Assembly (NCBI GenBank): GCA_001179505.1
Contig: CDMY01000613.1
Coordinates: 62,001-126,000 of the forward strand
Direction: 5' to 3'
Source of the DNA: Vitrella brassicaformis CCMP3155
Lineage: Eukaryota; Protista; Chromerida
Length of the DNA stretch: 64,000 nucleotides
Shown here: in pieces, positions 47,994 through 59,357 of the stretch
Layout of the letters: each line of letters begins with the position of its first letter
Numbering within the stretch: position 1 is the first letter of the stretch
Notes under the pieces: model-generated
What the model saw: the letters and a program-made list of their open reading frames with translations, nothing else
Databases searched by the model: none
What the model was told of the DNA's origin: nothing
Translations under genes and position numbers: made by a program

Positions 47994-50900
47994 ATGGAGG
48001 CAAAGAGGGAGCAGCGCGGCTGCAGTGAAGGTGAAAGTTCTCTCTCACCAGTCAGCCCAAGCAGGAGCACCTCGTCGGATGAGATCTTGGAGGACGGCGG
48101 CGGAACACACACTCACAGTGCAGAGGAAGTGAAGCAACAGGATAAAGACGACCATGGAGAGACGACACGACAGCCGCTGGTGAGTTTGGGCCCGAAGGAC
48201 GGTGAATGAGGGAGGAGCCTAGGTTGCTAATGTGTTTGTGTGTGTCTGGCCATGCAGGTGCCGCAGTCACAGTGTTTCAGGTGCAAGTGTGCGCTTGACG
48301 CCTCGTCCAAGAAGCACAGATGCCGCCTCTGCCAAGAGGTCTTCTACTGCTCGCTCCGTAAGTCACTTTGGCATGCGCACAGAGCACACAACCAGATTCG
48401 TGCAGCTGTGAATGGTTGTCTGTCTGTCTGCCTGTCTGTCTGTCTGTCTGTCTGTTGACGCATAGGTTGTGCCGCCGACGACTGGAAGATCCACAAGGAG
48501 CAGTGCGAGTGCTTCAGGGAGCTGCTCGTCAAGGCGTATCCCCGCACCGTGGCGCTTCTCTACATCGGCTGGATTGACTGCGCCACGTTCGTCGAGCTGC
48601 AGAGGCAACGGGAGATCCAGGAGGTCAGACGCGCCATCGACCAACATCACAAGATGGCAGCAACACCAGCGGCAGCCAGTGGCGACGGTGACGATGACCA
48701 GCAGCAGCAGCAGCTGGGTGTGGTTCTGACTGCGCACGTACACGCACCACTGGACACTGACACGCCCCTCTACGCCCTCATGCTCGACGCCACCTTCTTC
48801 ACCCTTCCTCGCCGCACCGTGCGACTGATCCGCTTTCTGCCCTTCGCTCGTGACAGCTGGGATCTGTACGACGACAAGGCGTCCTACCACAAGTTCACCT
48901 GGCGGTTCCTCAAGACGGCGGTCGAGGACTACAGTGCAGCCCTCGGCCTCCGCATTCGGTGCTTGGTGGTCGGCCCCGCCATCCCCTTGTATGACAACTG
49001 TGCCGTCACGCTGCTTGGCGGCACGGTGCGCGCCGTGCCGGCACCGGAAAGACTGTTCGCCGCCGCGTGGCATCGCGTCATGGAGGAGGTCTTCATGCAT
49101 TCGGCGCCGACGTGTCGGTCCGAGTATGTATCGCCGTCCGGTCCTGACGCGAAGGTGAACATGGAGAATGGCGGCCCCCTGAAACGCCTGAAGAGGGCCG
49201 TGAAGCATGGGGAAGTGGATGCCCTCACCGAAGCTGACGAGGCATATTTCTTGTCGGAGCTCGAAGCCCTTGACGCCTCCACTGACCTTGGTACATGTCA
49301 GTCAGTCAGGGAAGGGAACCATACTATGGTGGAAAAGTGTGTGACCTTTCTTCGTCAGGTGCCCAGGGTCGGCGGCCATCGTCGTCGAACGAGGACTTCA
49401 TCTATCCGCGGCTGATATCCCCTCTATGGGAGCATTTCGACGACGGCGTGCCGACGGTGACGTCGCCGTGGGTGCATCACATCGTCCACCGGTGGGCGGA
49501 GACCATGATTGGTCACTGTCAATCGAGCTGGACAAGAAGGTCGACAGGGACATATCGCGCCTGAAGGTGAGTGGCCCCCCTCCCACAGACACACACAGGC
49601 ACAGCAGGAGGCACGTGACACTCATTCGTGTGTATGGTGTCCCTGCTGCCCCCCCACAGGCGGCGGGCAAGACGATGATGGACAAGAGGGCCGTGACGGA
49701 GAGCACGCTCCAGAATGTCATCAAGCGGGTCGAGAAGGAGTTCATCAACGAGGTGCAGACACTGGCTGCGCTGCCGGTGATCCCCATCGATAGATTCCTA
49801 CATCTCGAGGACCGCACAGACGACACATCAGAGGAGAAGGCGGGCCCGACACCGGCAAAGTGGGAGGACACGCAGCCGGCGGAGCACCATAAGAGGGTGG
49901 AGTTCGTGTCATTCCAGGAGGCCGTCAGCGAGCTTAAAAAGTTCGAGCGCAGCCTCAAGAGGGCGCACGATGGCAAGGTGGGCGGGTGTGTGTGTGTGGT
50001 GTGTGGATTCATGCATTGATGGGATGGGTGTGTGCGTGCATGTTCTGTGTGCAGAGCACTGCGTGTCAGGGATCCCTGTCGACGGGCCTCTCGAAGATGT
50101 TTGACTACTTGGACAAGTATTGCCATTTCTCGATGTGGCCCGCTCTACTCAAGGTCTCATGCACGAACACTGAATACGCCGTGCGTCCATCGTGCACACA
50201 TACATACATGTCTGTGTCTATGTGTGTGTCCTTTCTGTGTGTGTGTGGTGCAGAAGGAGACCGAGTTGTACAAGCTGATCACTCTGCGGCTCAAGCCCGG
50301 CAACAAGACACTCGTGCCGACGTGCAATGTCCTCCTGGGGAGGCTGAAAGACGCTGAGAAGGTCATCGAGACGCCACACACGCCCCTGCAGGTGTGGGCC
50401 GAGCCAAGAGGGGTGGACAGACAGACAGACAGACAGACAGACAGATAGGCGGCACGCACGAGTCTTCTTTCTCTTGTTGGTGTCAGAACAAGACAGATCG
50501 GGTGTAACTCGACATCAGCATCTCTGGCCAGCATGCAGGGCGTCTCGTCTTCAAGCTGCATTGGGACGTCACGCCGCTCACCTGCCTTAACTTCGCCTCT
50601 TTATGCAATGGCGACCACAAGGTAGGTATGTGAGTTGGCCGCCCCACCCGCTCCCACAAACGAATCCATCACTTCTGTGCTGTCTGTGTTTTGTGCTTTG
50701 CTTGTTCTGGGCTTGGCTTTGCCTTGGCTGGCGCAGGATGCTGGCAGCAAGGGGTGCCCGCTGCACTACTTGAATACGCAGATCAGTGGTGTGACGGCTG
50801 GCCAGGCCATCTACGGAGGCTATCTCGACTCGAAGGCAGGCGTCCGACGGCCCAAGGTCAGCGAGCCCGCCTTCTACTTGGAGCGGGAGAACTGCCTGAT

Positions 50901-51280
50901 GCCGCCGAACAACCCCGGCACCCTCGCCATGATCGGCATGTGGGACAACAAGAAGGAAAAGTACATCTATGGTGAGACACACACATACACACGTGTTACA
51001 TCCGTGCATCTATGTCGCTTCCATCCGTCTGTTTGTGTCTGCAGGTAGCCGCTTTGTCATCACAGCCGTGGCCCACTTCGACATGTGCGCCGGCTGCTGC
51101 ATCATTGGCGAGGTCAACGCCTCCGGCCTGGCCCTCATCGACCGCATCAGCCGCCTGGGCGGGCAGCAGGCCAGCAGCAGCAGCAGCAGCAGACAGGGCG
51201 ATGCCTCTGACACCAACCAGCAGGCTGTCTTGCCACGGGAGCCCGTCGTCATAGCGGGCGCCGCCTCGATGAGCGGTTGA
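47994..51280 (+). CDS. MYND zinc finger + helical region + cyclophilin-like domain; in-frame TAA at 50505-50507 separates the cyclophilin (truncated allele, pseudogenised tail, readthrough or base error)
   Basis: MYND: CFRC..CRLCQEVFYCSL(R)CAADDWKIHKEQC. After intron 50392-50486: NKTDRV*LDISISGQHAGRLVFKLHWDVTPLTCLNFASLCNGDHK|DAGSKGCPLHY..PGTLAM..|GSRFVIT..CIIGEV..; stop 51280. Confidence 0.8.
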
Positions 51281-51800
51281 TTGGGTTAGCAGGCGACCGA
51301 CCTGTGTTGTGGCTCAGATGATTTATGTGGCAGTGTCTTTACATATCTAGTATGGTGTCTGTCTATGTATCTATCTATCTATTTGTCTGGCGGACGAGGA
51401 GTGAGTGGTGTCTTGTATGAGAAATGAATGGTGCACAGGGGGTGTGGGGTGTGGTACCTCTACGACGATGACTGGCTGTGACGTGACGGGCTTTATGGAT
51501 GGCCACATGAATGAATGCATGGAACACAAGTCTGAACGGTCTGACACATGTAGGCGTCTGTGCTTTCATTGCACGTCTCTGCCATTGCCATTGCCAAGCA
51601 GCCGCGAACACCACATAAATGAACGATGTACGTCGATAGATAAAGGGCCCGGCGCAAGTGCACATTTGCGCCATCAAGCCAAACGGGCAACACATGCCAC
51701 TCGAACACACATGAATTCAACGCGGTGTGATCGAGGCGATTCGCCTCCCTCCGTTCCTTGCCACTCGTCCGTCAGTCAGCCAGCAAACCCAACCAGCCCG

Positions 51801-54647
51801 TCAGTTGGGCAGCTCGCCGCAGTCCTGGATGAGCACTGGCTCGGCGAGAGCGGCCATATCCTCACAGTCTGTCATGTCACTGAGGGTTGGCCGCACGTCG
51901 CGGTTGCGCTTGGGGGTGCTGGGGGTGCTGTTGCTGGCCGTGAGGGAGATGGCGTGCAGAAAGCTGAGGGCCGGGAGGTCGTCGATGACACCCACGACCG
52001 TGTCCCACATGGTGCACCGGTTGTTCGACGAAAGTGTTATCGTGAAGCGGCTGCCTGCAATGCACTCACGCCACGCACACATAAATAACGAGCATACAGA
52101 GAGAGTGTGAGATGTCAGCTGCGCCCAGGGCAATGCCATCCTACCATGCACTTTGTGTTTCTGGTTGCCCTTCTTGTCGGTCGCCACTTCCCCAAGACTG
52201 GCCACCATGCCAGGCCGCCGGGGTGCGATGAGGGACGTGTGGTGGTCCCATCTCGTGTGGTGCATGCCATAGATGCTCTCGGTGCAGACACTGTACCTGC
52301 GGTCGAGAAAGCCCCCAAACAGCTCGGACCCTTCATAGGCATACGGAATGACCGTGCCTGAACAAAAGCCATCCATCCATCCATCCATTCCTGCTTGTGT
52401 GTCTACGGCGCCTCTTACTGACTGACTGACTAACTGACCGACCCACCTTTGTAGTGCAGCGGGTATCCTGAGGTGCCCTTGCCCTTCTCGCCCGTGCAGA
52501 AGCACCTGACACACGAACGATCGCAGCCAGCAATGCAATCGTTGTTGCATTCGATTCATCCTTGTTGCCACATGTATGTATGCATCCACCTGAAGTTCTC
52601 GGCCGCCTTGGGGTTGACGTCGGTGAAGAGGGTGATGACCACACGCCGCACCGGGGCTGACGCACGACCACTCTGGAGATCAAGGAACACCTTCGGGCGC
52701 TGAAAACAACACATGCGCTCTGCAGACACACGTGTGTCGGGCTGTGCGTATGGTGTTCTCTTGCCTTTGGTGGTGTCGGGCTGTTGTCGACCGTTTCGGC
52801 GCACAGGAAGCCCTCCGTCATGTGCTCGTGGAAGGTGGCGCACTCTGCCTTCACCTGATAGAAAGATAGATAGATAGATATGACGGAACAAACAAAATAC
52901 ACATTCTGGGAGGTCGCTCTTTCTGGTGGTCTGTTTCCGCCTTACCTGTTTGTCTGGGCTCTGTTTGACTTTGAAGCAAATGGTCCTCCAGAGGTCTGTG
53001 GTCTCCTGACATCACACACAGACACAGGGAGAGATGAAAGGCCACTTGTGTGTGTGCACCGGACCTTGAGCAGCTTGGCCCAGTGAGTGTAGTCGACCTG
53101 CAGGGTCAAATACGAGTCGAGCTGGTGCAGCAGGTCCAGCAGATCGTCAGTGGCCTGGAGTGACACCACAGACATCACACCGTGCGAGTGCATCCATCCC
53201 TGTCCCCAAGCGCACATGGATGGCGAGCGCGCTCTTGATGGATCTCTCGAAGTCCCTCAGCCGCTTGACAGTCTCGGTGAGGTCGTTGGCCTGCCGCCTC
53301 TCTTCAGCCAGCCGATCGAGCACCGCCTCCTCCTTCTCCCTGGCAGTCTCTGGATCGTCGACGGACGGCAGCCGCGCATCAGCTGACGGGGCAGAGGCCA
53401 ACAGATGCCCTTGTTGTGTGCATGTGTGTGTGTATGGTGTAGGCACCCGGTGGACGGCCGGTGAGGGTGTTGAGGAGCTGGTCGATGGGCTTGGGCTCGG
53501 CCGTCCTGAAGCTGTCGACGATCCGAATGAACTCAGCCACGGCGTCCCTCTCCAGTCGGCCCAGCTGCTGCTTCACCAGCACACCCTTGTCGATGGCCTT
53601 GCCCTTGGTCTGCACAACACATGTGACCCATCAGCACTGCCCTTGCCGTGCTCCTCTACTTGATGCATGGCTGACCTTGAGTTTGGCCATGTCCTGGTCG
53701 GCCTTCGCGTCAAGAGCCGTCGCGAGGACTGATGGTTTGCCTCTCAGAGCCTGCCGCACCCACTCACCAACCCACCTCTCGTCCACCGAGGGCACCAGCT
53801 GGCCGCCCGTCGCGTGACGCACAAACCGGGGCCACCGCATGGGAAGCAGTCGCGCATCGACGGGAGTCGACCAGTCCAGAAGGTGGTCTCGCACGGCTAG
53901 CGGCATCCCGCTGAATGTCTTGGTCACAACGGTTGCGAGGGCGTAGACGAGGGTAATCACGGCCGGTGGAATGACGAAGACGCCTTCATCCATCAAGTAG
54001 ATTTGCGGGCTTGTCGCTCCCAAGGCCCAATGCACGACAAAGCGCACAGTGGAGATGCCCTCCCGCTGCAGGTCGCGGATGGCGGCACTGGCGAAGGACA
54101 AGAGGCCGCGCGTCACATCCTCGGTGGACGGGGGGGACGACATAGCCAAGGGCAGGAACCGAAGGGCCGGACACTCCGAAGCGCCAGATTCACCACCAAA
54201 CGTCGCATCGACCACACAGACATCAGCGCCAAAACCGCAGAATAAAGAGGCCGTGTGTGTGTCAAGATGCAGATCCACTTCGCCTGGCTGAGGTCCACCG
54301 ACCTCGCCAGTCGTAGCCACAGCAGATGGTGCCTCTTTGGTGGCCGCCATGCCAGCGAGGCACTTCTCGATGGCTGCCTTCTCGCGCTCCAGCTGACATG
54401 TGTGGAAGTCGGCCATGTCGAGGAAGCCGCTGAAGAGCCGCGCGACGTTCGTGTTTGCAAAAGCCGGCCTCACAATGGCGCGGAAGAGCTCACAGGGCTC
54501 CTTGTGACTCTCTTCATCCTCGCACAGACACTGCGTCGTGCAGTAAAGGATCTCGCCGCAGACTTGGCATGCGACTCGCCGGCCGACAGAGCCGCACTTG
54601 AGGCACTTGAGAGCAGCGTGGGGATGAGTCATTGACGCGTCTGACAT
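51801..54647 (-). CDS. MYND zinc finger + helical region + degenerate cyclophilin domain (paralogue of the preceding gene)
   Basis: MYND: CLKC..CQVCGEILYCTTQC..HKEPC. Cyclophilin: RPKVFLDL..RRVVITLFTDVNPKAAENFR|CFCTGEKGKGTSGYPLHYK|G..ESIYG..RPGMVAS..GSRFTIT..VVGVI..VLIQDCGEL-stop. Confidence 0.85.
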
Positions 54648-54884
54648 CGGTGGGACGGCGGCGTCACGACAGATGAAGAGATGTGGTGCTCATAGAGGGT
54701 AAAAAGGCGTGGATCTGCAACGAGTGTAGACTCCTCAAGCTCAGGTCTGATTGCTGCAGCAGCGCCGGACCGCCCCAATTGCGAGCTTAGGAGGAGGAAA
54801 GGAAGGAGAGAAGAAGGGAGAAGGGTTCTGGAGGAAAGGGGGAAAGGGTTATTGCTTGTCTGCTCCCGTCGATCTTCAACACAG

Positions 54885-56664
54885 ATGTCGAAACCCATCG
54901 ATTATTCCAAGTGGGACAATCTCGATGACAGCAGCGATGAAGATGACGGCCCGCCTCCCTCGTCCGCCTCCAGGCCCGCCGCACCCTCAGCGCAGGCTGT
55001 TGCCGCCCGCCTCGCCTCTATGGCCATCGGCCGTGGACCGATGCAGCCCGCGCCACCCAGCAGCACGTCAAGCGCCGTGGACGACCGCCTCCCCTTCAGC
55101 TCCAGTGAGATGCCCGGCTACAAGGTGCGAATGGACGCCTCGACGCCTGACCCTGAACTGGAGCTTCAGCAGTGCATCGTGTGCGGCAAGCGACCTGAGC
55201 TCGGCCAGCGATTGAAGGTGTGTGACCGTTGCGTCCGGGAAGTCAGCCCCCTCTACTGCAGCGAGGATTGCCTGAAGCAGCATTTCCAGCAGGGGCAGCA
55301 CACGAGGGAGATGTGTCGGATGGGCAGAGCGATGTACGTTGAGCAGGGCTCGCTGCGCGGCAATCGGCATGCCGTCAGGTAAAGAAATGAGAGGAAACAT
55401 GGCGAGTGGCAATCATTGTGATGTCTTCCTACATAGGTACCTTCTGGGCTGGATGACTGAGGACGCATTTTTCAAGCACCAGCGTCAGAAGCAGCAGGAG
55501 ATACAAGACGAGATAGCGGCCTACGGTCGCCCCTCGCATCTGAAGATGAGCGTGAGCGTGTTCAACACCGTCGACTTCGCTTTCGGTGTTGTAGAGTTGG
55601 CGAGCAGCTTGGCGGAAGGCCATGCACTTCTCCGCCATCCCCCTGCTGACACCGGTGGAGTCTTTTACCCCGATTGCGTTATCTATCCCAGCTATCAAGT
55701 CTTCCCTATCGCTTGGCGTGAGGTGAAGGAGCCCACGGGTCCCGTTCTGGAGGTCATGCTGGCCGAAAGGATCGTCATCGTCATGTCGAACATCATCATC
55801 GCACTGCTGGCGCTGACGGCGCGCTGCCTAGGGGTGATCGGCAAGCAGTACGTCGAGGGCGACGTTAATGCCCTGTTCTGGCGCAAAATGACCTGCCCTC
55901 TGCCCATGGGCGACCGCACTGCGCACTTTTACTTCATCCCTGCACCATGCGGCGTCGTTACAGATGCCCTGACGTACGCCGCGAAAGAGGTCTTCAGCGA
56001 TGAAGAGGGGCGGGAGATAGATGCGCTGGTCAGCGGGTCCGCTTTGGTGCGGACAGGTGTAATGACGCTGCAGCAGCGGGTGATGCGGGACGAATGGCGA
56101 AGGGAGATCGAGTGGGAGATCGGCGCCATGGACGGCATGAGCGACGCCATTGACGGCATGTGTCAAGAGTACGCTGCACAGGTAGGTAGAGAGGGGACAC
56201 ACACACACTTCATTGGCGCATGGTCTGTTGTGCGTGAATGCAGCGAGGCATCCAGCCACGAGCGCTCAAAGCCGCCTTCATCGACAAGGCCGTTGCATTC
56301 ACGGACGTCTTCAGGCAAGTAATTACTGTACACTCAATGCACACGACACAAATGAATGGATGGATGGACGGACGGAGTGTTCTGTTGTGTGTCTGAGAGC
56401 AGGCGGCACCTGATTGAGTATGCCGACGGCATGGGAGAGATAGTCGGGAAGTCCTTTGCACAGCTGACCGAGCTGACCGACGACGAGATGCGGCAAATCA
56501 AGGCTGAGGTGGCGGCTGCCGAGTACCCCGCCGACATCCAGGAGCTGATCGCAGCCGAGAGTCCGGCATATGCAGAGGACGTGGACGGGCCGATAGTCAC
56601 TCTGGCTGATGGGAGGCGGACCTGTGAGATGGACCTGCTACTGAGGACTCAGGGGCTGCTATGA
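54885..56664 (+). CDS. MYND zinc-finger protein with N-terminal IDYSKWD acidic motif
   Basis: MSKPIDYSKWDNLDDSSDED; CIVC..CDRC..LYCSEDCLKQH..HTREMC; downstream exons 55437-56181 and about 56402-56664. Confidence 0.8.
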
Positions 56665-57244
56665 CTCAACTAGCGGCTGGAGTGGAGTGTGTGTGCGTTG
56701 TGATGGCTGGGTGACGGACGCCTCCTCAGCCCACACAGCGACGTGCTAGACAGCCACATGCCCTTGTGTGTTTTCGGCTGATGAGACCTGAGTGGCGCAT
56801 TCTCCTGACGTGGTCAATGTCTTTCCTGTCTCCTGCTTGTGTGTTCATTCCTCAGCTGCGATGACACGGGTGAATTCACTAACCGTCAGGACCATTACGT
56901 GTGTGAGTGCAATGGGGCCTGGGTTCAGACGTAGGGATGAATTAGGTGGGTGGGTGGTCAATGAATGAAGTCTATCAGAGTGCTCATTGAAGACGATTTG
57001 TGATATCATCAGCGACTGTCGTGACAGGCGCTTCATGTTTTCGCGAGGCCACTTAAAACGAAACACACGATTTGACATGAATGAATCAAGTCAGCATTGT
57101 CTGCACGCACGCACACAGCAGGGCGAGACTCGCCAGCACAATTGTGTGTCATTGGTTGAATTGCAGGAAAAAGGACAATTACATGCAGCCACTTTACCCC
57201 CTACCAAGGACCCTCTTCCTCTCCTCCCTTCCTCCCTCTCCCTG

Positions 57245-58933
57245 TCAGTCAATGCCCAGCGACACAAACAGGCCAGTCTGCCTGTCGATGTGCCCCAGCT
57301 GTTGCCATGCGAATTGGCAGTCCTGGTCGCCCAGATGCTCGTTGAAGCCCTTGACCACACCCACCACACCATGGCTGGCCGCCTCGTCCAGCCGCGCCTT
57401 GTGCACCACCTCACGCAGCCCCAGACGGCCGGCCGTGTGCACCACATGAGGCGGACGGCTGTCGGCCCCATCAGAGACGGCGAAGCACTGCAGCGGCACG
57501 CGCACCATCACGCCGCCCAGACTGCCCGTCACGCCCACCACCTCCCTGTTGCTGCTCGCATGCAGCGCCGACTTGACGAAGTGGGTGACAGCCGCACGCA
57601 CACGCCGAAAGAGGCGGCTGTTGCGTAGGGGGATGCTCTCGTCGATGGCCGCCATGGCCGCGTCGATGTCGAAGAGGTATGATGCGATGCGCCAGGCGAA
57701 GACTGGCGCCTCCTGCGGGCCGACGGCCAGCCGGGGGGTCAGCAGGGCCGCGAGTGAGCGCTGGGGGGCGAGGGCGGTGTTGATGGCCGACATGACGGCC
57801 TCGGACAGCTCATTCAGCACTGTCGCATACTCGGCCAGCACCCTCCGTTGACAACGACGGTGCTGCACCTCGGTTGCGGTGGGCATGCGGGCGATGGATG
57901 GGACCGCCCCGCCCCGCAGCAGCACACGGATGACGGTCCTCTGCTCGTCGATCCGGTCTGCCTCCCGTCGCTGGACGACCTCGTCGAGCGTCCTGGCAGC
58001 CTCTGCTAGGGGTGTCAGGTTGGCCCGGTTCGGCCTCCCTCTGTTGACGTCGTCGGCTGTCAGCTGGCGGCACAGCCAATGAGCCACACAGGGAGAGCCG
58101 TATCCGGCCGCCTCGTGCAGTGGCGTGCGGCCGAAGTTATCTGTTGCCGTCATGTTGACCCTGCGGCTGGTGATGAGGGTGAGGTACTCGTCCATGAAGA
58201 GCTGGGAGAAGGCAGTGTGTGTGGCAAAGTGCCTGGATGCCTCATGCACCAGATTCTCTCCGCCAACGGACCGCTCGGCTGCGAGGGTGCTGTCGTGTTG
58301 GATGAGGCGACGGAAGACCGACATGAGGGCCGCCTCGTACTGGCAACTGACGGGGCGGGCAGCGTAAGGGATGTAGGGAGGCCTCATTACCCTGACTCCT
58401 CGCACGTTGGCCTGGCGCGACAGGAGGGCCTCCACAGCCGTCAGATTGCCCGCACGAATCGCCATCTTGATGGGCCTATCCGTCGACCCCTCCGTCAGAT
58501 TGGGGTCCGCATTGACGTCCGCCCCTCCGTCGACGAGTGCATTGATGATGTCACGCTGTAGCTGACGGGAGGACCACTGCGGCAGGACGACGGGCACCTC
58601 CTTTGGGTAATCATCGCCGCGCGCATAGAGGGATGGGATGTTTGTTGGGCTGTCGATGGCGAAAGACAGGCAGCTGTATCGACGGCCAGCGGTGCCTGCG
58701 GTGCCACGGACGCGCAGGCCGCCGGTGGCTCTCGGGTCGGCTCCTTGCTGGATCAGCGACGTGACATAGGAGGCCTCAGTGAAGCTGCGCCGAATGCAGC
58801 CCTCCAACAGCTGCCCACTGACAGTCGTGACTCCCTCATCGGGCAGGAAATCGACGTCGTCCAGCCCCTTGCAGCCGGGCGACGGGGCGGCAGCATGAGG
58901 TGCTTGCGACGAGGCAGACGACGGCTGGGCCAT
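57245..58933 (-). CDS. Ankyrin-repeat protein, single exon, lineage-expanded type
   Basis: Uninterrupted ORF of about 562 aa; ankyrin motifs ALVDGGADVN, PIKMAIRAGNLTAVEALL, GRTPLHEAAGYGS, TPLAEAA. Confidence 0.88.
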   Translation of the reverse strand: MAQPSSASSQAPHAAAPSPGCKGLDDVDFLPDEGVTTVSGQLLEGCIRRSFTEASYVTSLIQQGADPRATGGLRVRGTAGTAGRRYSCLSFAIDSPTNIPSLYARGDDYPKEVPVVLPQWSSRQLQRDIINALVDGGADVNADPNLTEGSTDRPIKMAIRAGNLTAVEALLSRQANVRGVRVMRPPYIPYAARPVSCQYEAALMSVFRRLIQHDSTLAAERSVGGENLVHEASRHFATHTAFSQLFMDEYLTLITSRRVNMTATDNFGRTPLHEAAGYGSPCVAHWLCRQLTADDVNRGRPNRANLTPLAEAARTLDEVVQRREADRIDEQRTVIRVLLRGGAVPSIARMPTATEVQHRRCQRRVLAEYATVLNELSEAVMSAINTALAPQRSLAALLTPRLAVGPQEAPVFAWRIASYLFDIDAAMAAIDESIPLRNSRLFRRVRAAVTHFVKSALHASSNREVVGVTGSLGGVMVRVPLQCFAVSDGADSRPPHVVHTAGRLGLREVVHKARLDEAASHGVVGVVKGFNEHLGDQDCQFAWQQLGHIDRQTGLFVSLGID

Positions 58934-59357
58934 CACGCAGAGTCACACACACCTGCATACACAGACACAGACACACACAGTCTCTTATTCATCATTCCCT
59001 CCCTCTTAAGGTGCTGACGCACCTCTCTCCTGGTCGGTCAGTCGACGGCCGCCGATCACTCAGACAGACAGCAATGCCATCAGTCGGCCCTGCATGCGTC
59101 ACAGAAAGCAGAGTCACCCACGTGCTTGTCCATCGTCGGAATCTGCCCGCGTGTGCCTCGCCTCAGCCTGCGGTATGTGCAAGTGATCGCATTCAACAAA
59201 ACAGGCCCGGCCGATGCCCTCGTGGTAACGCATTTGCGTGCTGTAGCGATGCTCAGGGGGCGCGCGAGCTGCGGAGGAAAAAGGAAACGTGAAACGGATG
59301 GGCCGGAAGGCCCTTCCTTCCCTCCCCTCTCTCGTCGCGTGAAGTGTACTTAAAGTG

